The position numbers and the translations under genes are program-made. 64,000 bases of DNA from an uncultured Nitrospiraceae bacterium (GTDB lineage Bacteria; Nitrospirota; Nitrospiria; Nitrospirales; Nitrospiraceae): NCBI GenBank assembly GCA_963846575.1, contig CAWJWJ010000002.1, positions 2,720,001 through 2,784,000 on the forward strand, read 5' to 3'. The notes beneath the pieces are model-generated. The model was not told the origin of the DNA. It made no database searches and saw nothing but the letters and a program-made list of their open reading frames with translations. Positions 29,148 through 38,299 of this stretch are shown piece by piece. Each line of letters starts with the position of its first letter. Within the stretch, counting starts at the first letter, position 1.

Positions 29148-29367
29148 CGATCCAGGGGCATCAGCCGACCACGATGCGAATGAGGGCCTTTCCAGATCGC
29201 GAAGCCTCCCGGTACCACGCCAGTCGTCCACGGAGCGTTGCGTTGCGCAGATCGCCAGCCGCACGGTGAGGTCAAGCGATGTGCGCCGATGCGGTTGATC
29301 ATGTGGAACAGCTGGCTCCAGGGTATCTCCCAGTTGGAGCCTCTGCCGCGATCTGACAGAGTGAGCC

Positions 29368-29532
29368 ATGCGTACACACTATACTTCCTCGCTAACCCCG
29401 AGCCCGAATCCCAGGCCCAGCCCACCGACCCCGGGGCCCCTTCCCCATCCTCAGCCGCCCCTGCCCAACCCTAATCCTCTGGATCCTCCTAACCCGCCCA
29501 CGCATCCGCCGACTCCGCAATTCAGGCCCTAA
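29368..29532 (+). CDS. Proline-rich small protein (54 aa, 23 Pro), below the ORF-track cutoff
   Basis: MRTHYTSSLTPSPNPRPSPPTPGPLPHPQPPLPNPNPLDPPNPPTHPPTPQFRP*. Confidence 0.45.
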   Translation: MRTHYTSSLTPSPNPRPSPPTPGPLPHPQPPLPNPNPLDPPNPPTHPPTPQFRP

Positions 29533-29600
29533 CAAGTCGCTGCCCTGACCAGGGAAACGCCTAGCTGTAGAGGCACCCCTCCCGTACGCTAGACTGAGCT

Positions 29601-29990
29601 ATGTGGACTCGATGCATCCTCGGACTTGCCGGTGCGTTGTTATCCGGTCTCGTGCTGGCGACATCCGGGTGGGCTCAAACTCCGCCGGGTACTTCGCAGC
29701 CACAGGCTCAACCTCCCGGAGCGATTTCGCCGATTCAGCCTTCGTCTGCGCCGACAAGCGGGCTTCCCGCCAATATCATCACTCCATCTTCCACCTCACA
29801 GCTGGCCCCCAATAGCGGTCCGCGCTCTGCTCCTGCGCCCTTCACCAGTGCTGGACGAGGGTTGCCGGGGATGCAGGGCGGTCCTCCGGTGAATGCGCCG
29901 CTCGGTGCGCAGGATCCATCGAGAGGTTATATGCAGCCACCGACTGTCGGACCGCTGTTCTGTGATCCGGCCCTCAACATTCAATGTTGA
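29601..29990 (+). CDS. Secreted Pro/Ser-rich hypothetical protein
   Basis: Signal peptide ending GWA, low-complexity body, C-terminal CDPALNIQC. Confidence 0.7.
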   Translation: MWTRCILGLAGALLSGLVLATSGWAQTPPGTSQPQAQPPGAISPIQPSSAPTSGLPANIITPSSTSQLAPNSGPRSAPAPFTSAGRGLPGMQGGPPVNAPLGAQDPSRGYMQPPTVGPLFCDPALNIQC

Positions 29991-30420
29991 GCGGTCTCTC
30001 CGCATTCCTACGAACACCCTGGTCTCTCTGCCGGCTCCAGCACTCTATCTGTTGAGTGACGCTCCGTAGCGCAAAAAGCACCCGATCGCCGCCATCTTCG
30101 CGACGCACCATGTCGGATGAAGGCAAGTGGGGAAGGTCAACGAGCGACAGGGGCAGTCCTACACCTGTGCCCCTGCGGAACTACCACGAACCGGCAGCAA
30201 GGACCCGGCTCTTCAGTGATGATGCAGACTACGTCGATCGGGCCGGTGGTGGTGGAGTGGAGCGGCGAATATTTCTGGACATGGCGCTCTCATGAGCCGC
30301 TGGAAGGGCAGCAGCGAAGAACGACTGACGTGTGGAGGTCGAACGGAGCCATGGGCGACCTGTTGATGCTCGAGCGATCGCCCCCCTCGCCTGTAGGCGG
30401 GGTCTGACTAACGGCTCTCG

Positions 30421-30777
30421 CTAGGAGTGTTCAAACATTCGATGGACCACCGCCCCAAGAAAGGCCCCGACGAATAACGCGATCTCGGACGAGGCGATCA
30501 GTATCGTGACGGCGGTGCCGGCGAGGAATCCGATGACGGGCAAACCCACCAGGCTCAGCAGCGCCCACAGGCCGACTGCGACGATTAACGCCGGAAGAAG
30601 CGCCGCGGTCAAGGCTCGTCCAACCGAACCGATCATATAGCCTCCCACCAGGCCGGCAATGAGACCATTGATGCCCGGCAGAAAAAAGAGCACCAGGCTG
30701 AGGACGACCATCCACACGGCTCCAGCGAGGGTGCCCGTATGGGAGTGCGGGTCTGTGACTGCGGATAGGTCTGACAT
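30421..30777 (-). CDS. Small hydrophobic membrane protein
   Basis: Four Gly-rich TM segments; AAAGGA RBS. Confidence 0.75.
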   Translation of the reverse strand: MSDLSAVTDPHSHTGTLAGAVWMVVLSLVLFFLPGINGLIAGLVGGYMIGSVGRALTAALLPALIVAVGLWALLSLVGLPVIGFLAGTAVTILIASSEIALFVGAFLGAVVHRMFEHS

Positions 30778-31022
30778 GGGATCCTTTCGGCAACCCGGAC
30801 ATCACGGTCCGGAGGCGGGGCATTGGTTCATTCACTTACCATGCGCCATGCACGGTATTCCAGCATGAGGGGCCAAGTACAGTGGTCCTCGCCGACTCTT
30901 ATGCATGCTCAACGAGTCGCTTCGTGATTGGGACCTGACAGGAAGTGAAGACTTCAGGACCATGCCAGGGCCTGCCCGGCATGGCCCCCGACCATCTGTG
31001 CGCCTCTCTTGTCGGCCCTCCG

Positions 31023-31730
31023 TCAAGCCGACTGGCTGCCCGCGGAGGAAGCAAACCGGGTCAGGACGGTCCAGACCGCATGGCCGAGACGATCGGCAGC
31101 CAGGTGGCTATGTTTGGCAAGGCGAGCCGCAAGGGGCCAGGTCGATGGACGAGTCAGTACGCGCAGGGCGATTCGGGGAATGTGAATGATGTCGAACCCG
31201 CCCAACACCGGCGAAAGATCGTCCTCGATGCCGTCTGACACGGCTTTGAGCGCGAGACAGGCAATGCCGCGTTCTTTGCACAGGGCCGCGATGGTTTGGC
31301 TTTCCATATCGACCCCGATGGCGTTCGTCGTCGCAGCCAGTTTTCGGCGCGCCGCGGACGTGAGCACCGGTTGCGACACGGTCACTAAAGACCCGACATG
31401 AAATCGAATCGACGTGGTGCTCAGGGCCTCGGCGGCCGTGGCGGCTAACGAGGGGTCATGCGACTGCACGAGCACATCGCCAATGGACAAGTGCGGTTGG
31501 AGGGCCCCGGCCAGCCCGCTGCTGATCATCAAGTCCGGCTTCACCTCGTCGAGAAAGCGATCCACCCGCTGCTTCGCGACGGCAGGAACCATTCCTGAGA
31601 GGCAGAGCCGTATATCGTGCTGTTGCAAGGTCGCCCCCCAGAGATGCGCGGCAGATAGCCGTGTCAACTTCAACTGCCGGCACACCTCCCGAACTTCCCA
31701 CTTCACTTCCGCCACCAATCCTATTCTCAT
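31023..31730 (-). CDS. Nucleoside phosphorylase/MTA-SAH nucleosidase family (HpnG-like)
   Basis: SSGLAGALQPHLSIGDV, GVDMES, LKAVSD; overlaps the upstream hpnA-like gene. Confidence 0.85.
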   Translation of the reverse strand: MRIGLVAEVKWEVREVCRQLKLTRLSAAHLWGATLQQHDIRLCLSGMVPAVAKQRVDRFLDEVKPDLMISSGLAGALQPHLSIGDVLVQSHDPSLAATAAEALSTTSIRFHVGSLVTVSQPVLTSAARRKLAATTNAIGVDMESQTIAALCKERGIACLALKAVSDGIEDDLSPVLGGFDIIHIPRIALRVLTRPSTWPLAARLAKHSHLAADRLGHAVWTVLTRFASSAGSQSA

Positions 31731-32728
31731 CTGGATCCTCCTCCGGAGACGTAACCATGCGCCCGATACCAGTGGACGGCTTCGGCGACCGCGCTTCGAA
31801 TGTCTGTTTGCGGCAACCCGAGTTCCTGCACCGCTTTGCTTGCGTCGAATCGCATGGGACTTGCCGCCATGCGGATACCTTCAAGCGCGGCTTGGGGCGG
31901 GCGCCCGCTGAGGCGTCCCCAAACTTCACCGCCAAGGCCTGCCGCATAGGCGAGTGCATAGGGGATTTTGACCCGGGGCGCGGGTCGGCCGCTGACCTCG
32001 GACAACAACGCCAACACCTGTTGAAGCGGCCAATTCGCGTGACCCAGAATGTACCGATGACCAATGCGTCCCTTGGTCGCAGCAAGCCAGTGTCCCGTCG
32101 CGACATCCTCCACGGCGATCCAGTTCAGGACCGTGTTCAGAAACGCGGGAAGTCGCCCGTTCAGAAAATCCACGATCAGTTGACCGGTCGGGGTGGGCCG
32201 ATGGTCGCCCGCACCGACGGGGGTCGAGGGATTGAGAATCGTGATCGGAGCACCCTGTCTCATGAACTCCCACACGGCCTGCTCCGCCAGAACTTTCGTC
32301 CGTTGATAGGTGCTTCGGCAATCCGCGGGCGACACGAAGTCATCCTCTGTTCCAAGGCGGGACGCTGAACAGGCCACCGTCACGGTACTCGATGTGTACA
32401 GGATGCGCGGAACTCCGGCATCCAAGGCCGCGCGCATGAGGGCCACGGTCCCCTCCACGTTCGCCTGCTGCATCGACGCGGGGTCCGGCACCCAGAATCG
32501 GTAATCGGCCGCGACGTGAAACAGCACGTCGATGTTCTTGACCGCCGGTGCCAGCGACTGCGGGTCGCACAGGTCCCCGGGCATGTATTCCACCGGGAGA
32601 TCTGCGATGGCGCGTCGGTCGCTGGTGTGCCTCACGAGCGCCCTGACAACGACACCCTGAGCGACGAGTTCACGCGCCAGGCGTCCCCCGACGAATCCCG
32701 TTGCTCCGGTTACCAAAGCCCGCATCAA
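31727..32728 (-). CDS. hpnA: NAD-dependent epimerase/dehydratase, hopanoid-associated HpnA-like
   Basis: VTGATGFVG, FHVAADYRFW, YQRTK, NPSTPVG.GD.RPTPTG. Confidence 0.85.
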   Translation of the reverse strand: MMRALVTGATGFVGGRLARELVAQGVVVRALVRHTSDRRAIADLPVEYMPGDLCDPQSLAPAVKNIDVLFHVAADYRFWVPDPASMQQANVEGTVALMRAALDAGVPRILYTSSTVTVACSASRLGTEDDFVSPADCRSTYQRTKVLAEQAVWEFMRQGAPITILNPSTPVGAGDHRPTPTGQLIVDFLNGRLPAFLNTVLNWIAVEDVATGHWLAATKGRIGHRYILGHANWPLQQVLALLSEVSGRPAPRVKIPYALAYAAGLGGEVWGRLSGRPPQAALEGIRMAASPMRFDASKAVQELGLPQTDIRSAVAEAVHWYRAHGYVSGGGSR

Positions 32729-33316
32729 TGGTGCCCCTGCTCAATAGACAGATCGGCCGCGCGAACGCCCCGATGGAAGGTCCGGGTTTCAGCCGGCAGT
32801 GAGATACATCGCCCCAGCCCGGTGGTTCGACTACGTGCGCACTTCGAATGTCAGGTTATTGTGTGATTCGCGCGAAGGCGAGTTGCACGCGATAATGAGA
32901 CAGTATCCATGCCTGACTGCTTCCTCGTGCGTGGCGTGACCCATTTCTCGGTCTCGCCCCTCTGAAGGACTTACGGATGAGTCAATCAAATCATGTTCAG
33001 CCTACCGCACCCTTCGGGGCATGTAAATAAGGAAATCTCGCTTCAGCTTTCGAAGGCGCCGGAATCGCCTGCGCCGCGATAGATCCGTTACCCATCCTCG
33101 GCCAGCACGTGCAGGCGCTAGTTGATCATGTGATTCCTGCAGTTGAGGTGAGGGTGGTGCGACGGACAGGGCCACCAACCGGAGCGGTACGGGAGAAGAG
33201 CGGAGTTGCATCTCTACAGAAGAGACGGCCGCCGGGCTATAAACCCGTGGGGAGCCTGTAGTAGATTTATGACGACTGACACTCACGCCATGCACTTCCA
33301 ACGAAAGGTCACCGGC

Positions 33317-33724
33317 ATGAACGGCTATATCACCCACATCGAAGACGCGACCATCAAGAACACTCTGTACCGGCAGGTTTTGTTTACGGCAAAAAACAGT
33401 CAGCTGGTGCTGATGAATCTGAGGCCGGGCGATGAAATCGGCGAGGAAGTGCATGAACTCGACCAGTTTCTTCGCTTCGAGGCGGGTGAGGGGAAAGTCG
33501 TACTGGATGGGCAGGACCACGCCGTCGGTGACGGAATCGCCGTCGTCATCCCGGCAGGGACGCGCCACAACGTGATCAACACGTCGAAGTCCGCCGATCT
33601 CAAACTCTACAGCCTCTACAGCCCACCGGAACACAAGGTCGGCACCGAGCATCGAACCAAAAAGGAAGCGGACGCCGACGCCCACCACCATTTTGACGGC
33701 CGGACATCGATGGACAGCAGGTAA
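33317..33724 (+). CDS. Cupin domain protein
   Basis: QLVLMNL.PG.EIGEEVH..DQF.RFE.G, IPAGTRHNVIN, YSPPEH. Confidence 0.9.
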   Translation: MNGYITHIEDATIKNTLYRQVLFTAKNSQLVLMNLRPGDEIGEEVHELDQFLRFEAGEGKVVLDGQDHAVGDGIAVVIPAGTRHNVINTSKSADLKLYSLYSPPEHKVGTEHRTKKEADADAHHHFDGRTSMDSR

Positions 33725-33860
33725 ACAAAGCCCGTGGGAGACGTGAGGGAATGTACGTCTCTCTCACCTCTCCCCAGGCCGCATCATCACAGTTGAACCA
33801 AACCTCTGTGCCAAACTATGGAACGACTCATAGACGGCGCGTCCGCTTGAGCGGTGTTGG

Positions 33861-34727
33861 CTATGCCTCGCCTCCCTCTTTGAACAATTCCGTATCGACG
33901 AACTCTGCGCGAACCAGAGACCAGAAGTCGACGGCAATTCCTTTCAGAAGATAGGCATAAGGCAAATATCCATACCCCTCCTCCCCCCATCCCGTCCCCC
34001 ACGAATTCCTGATCAACAGCGCGCCCTTTTCCGAGCCGATTTTTTTCGAATCGTCGTAGCCGACCGCCACGACCGCATGCCCGCCCTCCAGCCTATCGCT
34101 CGGCCCTGGGAACGGAATGTCTCCGCTACCAGCGCCGATACCAGGCATGGAGCTATAAACGGAAAAGCCGAACATGCAGGGCAACTTGCCGGCGATGTTT
34201 TCCTTCACGTGCTGCAACACGGTGGCGGTTGCCATACCGGCCTGGTCCAATCGGAAATACTGCAGAGTCTTGTAACTTTGAGCAAAGGCATAACAGAAAT
34301 TCGGCGGTTCCTCATCGTACTTTGCCGTGTCGTAGCCCCAATATTTTTCCGGTGGGACACCGAATAACACCATAGCCTGCATGGTGGTCCGTAGATAGGC
34401 GCCTTGATCACCAGTCCAGCCGAGAAGATTCCGGGTGGCTTTGTAGAGAAAAATGCGCGAACCATCGAGATGTTTATTGAACGCGCGGCGTTGAAAATAT
34501 TCCAACAGCCCCACTCCGGCATTCGCGGTGCAGGATCCCAAGTGGCCCTGATCCTCGATCGGAGAACACCATTGGCGAAGATCCACCCTGGCAGGAGTCT
34601 TCTTCTTGGCTGCCTTCATTGCCTTGGATTTTTCCAACACCTCTCCTATGGCCGGCGTGTTCGGCCCATAATCGCGAAAATCCGGCAGGTCTCGCTCCCA
34701 ACCCATTGCGCCGAATCGCTGTCTCAT
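33861..34727 (-). CDS. Papain-like cysteine peptidase (family C1)
   Basis: VDLRQWC.PIEDQGHLGSCTANA, GGHAVVAVGYDD, IRNSWG. Confidence 0.93.
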   Translation of the reverse strand: MRQRFGAMGWERDLPDFRDYGPNTPAIGEVLEKSKAMKAAKKKTPARVDLRQWCSPIEDQGHLGSCTANAGVGLLEYFQRRAFNKHLDGSRIFLYKATRNLLGWTGDQGAYLRTTMQAMVLFGVPPEKYWGYDTAKYDEEPPNFCYAFAQSYKTLQYFRLDQAGMATATVLQHVKENIAGKLPCMFGFSVYSSMPGIGAGSGDIPFPGPSDRLEGGHAVVAVGYDDSKKIGSEKGALLIRNSWGTGWGEEGYGYLPYAYLLKGIAVDFWSLVRAEFVDTELFKEGGEA

Positions 34728-35291
34728 GGTCACCTCCTGTTGTCTTGTGAGCGTGGGTACAGGCCGCCGGCCGGGGGGCGTGCCGTCCGAATCGCGCCAA
34801 AGTCCCGGCCGTGACAGGCCACGATTCCTGTTATGACGATCAGTCGATTTCCATTCGCTCGGATATATGCACTCTCTGGCTCCGTCATCCACCATCTCCC
34901 ATCCAACACAACCCATCCTGCCTCCAACATTCGATGCCGGTGCTGCGGCAGGAGTGGTGACCAGCGGGGACGATGGATGCTATGGCAGGCTCAATCTCGC
35001 TTCATGGCTCCTCATCGTGACCTCAACAACCAGGCGACCAGTCCGAGGGTTTTCCTCCTGAGGAACCATCGCCGCCACACGATCACTCAAGGATTCGCGC
35101 AGTGCAGCTTCGGTTCGCAAAACTTGCGCCAGGTTCAAGCCCGAGGGAGGTGTCGTGAAGTCACGGTGAGAATAGGCGACCCTCGAACTGAGAGGAAGCG
35201 ATCGCAATATCTGCGTATCTATTCCGATACGAGAAGGTATCCTTTCGGATATTGCCCGGAATGAGGGCTCGCATCGCGAGCTAACCCCTGA

Positions 35292-36176
35292 TCACAAACG
35301 GTTGCTTTCATCCTCGGTCAACCGTCGCTCGATGAGCCAATAGGTGATACCCAGCGCGAGCACCACCGCGCCGGTCGCCAGAACCAGCGGCGGAGACACC
35401 TCCTTGAAATCGAACACGATGACTTTTCGAGCGATGGCCATGAGCGCCGTCGCCACCACCAGTTTGACGTGGATCACGTCCTTGCGAATGTAGAGCGTAA
35501 TGTTCAGGAAGATTTCGATCGCGATCAACACCGCCAGGAACGCCCCGAAGGTGGCCACGATGTCCCGGACGGCCAAATCCTCCACCGAGGGCAGAATGAG
35601 CCTCTGATAGATCACCATCACCACATCGGCCACGCCCCAGAAAATGGTGAAGACCATTAAGACCGCGATCACTCGCAACGCCCCTCGAATCGCATGATGG
35701 AGGTAAGTGATGAAGGGGTCTTCGTGTTCCAGGGAGAGTTCCTCGTGACCGATGGCTTTCGACCGTTGCTTCCGGAAATGCCCCAGCAGTAACTCCACAA
35801 CTGCAGCATGGTCGGCCAGATAGGACGAATTAAAATTTTTCTCGAAAAAGTTGTTCAGGCCCTCCACGTTCCGGAAGTCTTCTCCAGCCAGACGCTTGAA
35901 TCCCATGCTCCAATCCGAATACTCGCGCCGGTCGATCGGTTTTCGCTGGAGCAGCCTCACATCGGTGTGCCGGGGATCCCGCTTGATCGTCTCCAGCAGG
36001 ACATTGACGGTCTTCTCCTCTCCTTCGAGAATCTGGACGAAGGTTTGATTGCCATAGAGCAGCATGCCAGTGATGCCCAGTCTGGCATTGTTGTCCCGGC
36101 ATTCCTGCAACAGGCTTTGCAGTTCTTCCGTCGACATGTTCTTCGCGGTCGAACTGATATAGGAGGCCTGGATCAT
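35292..36176 (-). CDS. BLUF blue-light sensor domain fused to a PsiE-family membrane domain
   Basis: YIS...NNARLGITGMLLY...FVQILEG...DPRH...WSMGF BLUF; C-terminal FGAFLAVLIAIEIFLNI...ATALMAIARKVIVFD PsiE. Confidence 0.9.
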   Translation of the reverse strand: MIQASYISSTAKNMSTEELQSLLQECRDNNARLGITGMLLYGNQTFVQILEGEEKTVNVLLETIKRDPRHTDVRLLQRKPIDRREYSDWSMGFKRLAGEDFRNVEGLNNFFEKNFNSSYLADHAAVVELLLGHFRKQRSKAIGHEELSLEHEDPFITYLHHAIRGALRVIAVLMVFTIFWGVADVVMVIYQRLILPSVEDLAVRDIVATFGAFLAVLIAIEIFLNITLYIRKDVIHVKLVVATALMAIARKVIVFDFKEVSPPLVLATGAVVLALGITYWLIERRLTEDESNRL

Positions 36177-36527
36177 GACAATCTTCCTTTCCTCCGAGAG
36201 TGCTCGATGACGGATGGCCGCACATCGCAGAGGCTCAGGCTAAGCAGTCCACGGTACGCTGTCAAGCCGACGACAGGCCCCAACCCCGGTGTTCGCGCGG
36301 CCCCGTTCGACCTCGGGAGACACGAGTTCTATCAGGCCTGACAGCCCCGCCGTCCACCGCCCTCCGGCTTGACAACCTTCCTGATCTCGAGGATATTTCG
36401 GGCGGGAGTCACGTCGAGATGACACCGCCACGGCAACAGCATGTGACCTGCCGGCTCCGCCCCTCCGGAGCGTCGTCAGGAGGTCCATCCCATCCCTCCG
36501 GGGAACCGCCTTCTCAGAACAGCAGCG

Positions 36528-36720
36528 ATGAACGGAGAACGGTACAGGCCCGGCCATGGGGGGTACGCGACCGGCGTCATGGCCAGGCGAACGCTCGCAT
36601 CGCACGGCGGTTTCTTCGAGCCCTATCTCGAGAGGGGCGGATCCCTGCTGGATTGTGGGTGCGGTCCCGGATCCATCACGCTCGGAATCGTTGCCCGCAC
36701 CGCCCCGGGCACTGTGAGGC
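36528..36720 (+). pseudogene. N-terminal fragment of a class I SAM-dependent methyltransferase
   Basis: LLDCGCGPGSIT motif I, then similarity is lost; the ORF is only 82 aa. Confidence 0.65.
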
Positions 36721-36772
36721 CGTCCACGAGCCACTCCGGTGGATCGATCCGTGAGGCATGGAGGAACCTGTC

Positions 36773-37729
36773 ATGAACACACCCCGGCACCCGGCCGCAA
36801 GAGAAGCCAGAACCCTCGTCGGCACCCTGTCCGGAAAGCCCCTGACCCTCCCCGACGTCAATACCCCGCCCATGCCCGCCCTGGCGCCTCCCGGCATCAT
36901 CCACAACGGGCGGAAATCGGAGACCTTCGGCGGAATCGACTCATCCAGAGGGTATCCCGACGTGAACAGTTTCAGGAGGAAGTTCGGCCTGATTATTCCT
37001 GCGACCAATACCAGCATGGAGCACGACCTCTGGAGCATCATCTTCAGAAACCAGGGACCAGGCGGGCTCCGGGGCATCGGTCTTCATACCGCGACGGTCA
37101 TCACCCCGAAGCCCAAGCTGGAAACCGACGCCGACCTGATGGCCTACAAGGCGCAGTTTTTAGGCGGACTGAAGGCGGCCGTGGATGCCGCGGCGCTGGC
37201 GGAGCCGCAGTACATGATCATGGGTATGAGCTTGGAACACATCATCGGGGGGATCGAAGCGCTTCGGAAGCCCGTGACGGACATCGAGGCCTATTCGGGC
37301 CTGTCGTGGGCCACCTGGCATGACGCCATCCATGCGGCGCTGGGAAAGTACGGCGCGAAGCGGATCGGAATCCTGACGCCCTTCGACACAACAGGCAACG
37401 AGTTCGCGACGCGGATGTTCGGAGATCTGGGGTTCGAGGTGGTCTCCAGTGTGGGCTTTTCCTGCGCGAACGCGCTGCATATCGCCCATGTGCCGGACTG
37501 GGCCAAGGAGAAGGCCATCCTTGAGTTGTTGGCGACTAGCGACAACCGCCTGGATGCGGTCGTGCAGTGTGGCACGAACATGAGCGTGATGGACGTGACG
37601 GAAAAACTGGAGCCCGTCATCGGCATTCCGATCCTGGGAATCAATCCCGTGACCTTTTGGTACGCGCTCCGGGAAAACGGGTTCGCCGGGGCGCTGGCAG
37701 GGGCCGGGAGATTGCTGCGGGAGTTCTGA
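36773..37729 (+). CDS. Asp/Glu racemase superfamily (maleate isomerase/arylmalonate decarboxylase-like) protein
   Basis: FGLIIPATNTSME.D, KRIGILTP, VQCGTN, LEPVIGIPILGIN...WYALR. Confidence 0.85.
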   Translation: MNTPRHPAAREARTLVGTLSGKPLTLPDVNTPPMPALAPPGIIHNGRKSETFGGIDSSRGYPDVNSFRRKFGLIIPATNTSMEHDLWSIIFRNQGPGGLRGIGLHTATVITPKPKLETDADLMAYKAQFLGGLKAAVDAAALAEPQYMIMGMSLEHIIGGIEALRKPVTDIEAYSGLSWATWHDAIHAALGKYGAKRIGILTPFDTTGNEFATRMFGDLGFEVVSSVGFSCANALHIAHVPDWAKEKAILELLATSDNRLDAVVQCGTNMSVMDVTEKLEPVIGIPILGINPVTFWYALRENGFAGALAGAGRLLREF

Positions 37730-37784
37730 CCTCCCTTCGAATCGCCACGCACCCTCGGCAGGGATGACCGCGTTCGGGATGGGG

Positions 37785-38258
37785 TCATCCCACCCGCACC
37801 CTCGCGGCCATCGACGCGACCCGCTCGACGTCGAAACTCAAGGCGATGTCGATCGACCCCAGCATCGCCATCGAAACCCAACCGGCTTCTAACGCATCAT
37901 CGGCCGCTTCCGGCACACCCGACAGCCAGTCGCACAGCACGGCGACCAGCACGTAATGCATCAGCACCCGTCCGTCTTGGTCGCGATCGAACGCGTCCAC
38001 CGCCGTGAAGACCTGGAGGGGACGGGCCACGACCCCGGTTTCTTCCAGCACTTCCCGGACCGCGGCAGCCTGGATTGGTTCGCCCGATTCAATCTTGCCC
38101 CCGGGAAAGCCCCACTTGCCGGCATCGGGAGGGTTCGCCCGGCGCACGAGCAAGACCTCGCCGTCGCGGAAGACCACTCCGATCACCGCCGCGATCGGCT
38201 TCACCGGAAGGGGCTGGTCCGCTCGGCTCAGCTTGCTTGTCCCGCCACGATCGCCCAT
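37785..38258 (-). CDS. Nudix hydrolase
   Basis: Nudix box GGKIESGEPIQAAAVREVLEETGV. Confidence 0.93.
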   Translation of the reverse strand: MGDRGGTSKLSRADQPLPVKPIAAVIGVVFRDGEVLLVRRANPPDAGKWGFPGGKIESGEPIQAAAVREVLEETGVVARPLQVFTAVDAFDRDQDGRVLMHYVLVAVLCDWLSGVPEAADDALEAGWVSMAMLGSIDIALSFDVERVASMAARVRVG

Positions 38259-38299
38259 GCGACCATCTTACACGACCCCGCGCGGTGAAACCCGCCGGC

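Noticed and set aside
30056..30407. Short overlapping plus-strand ORFs
   Set aside because: No convincing RBS or motif; cannot choose a frame
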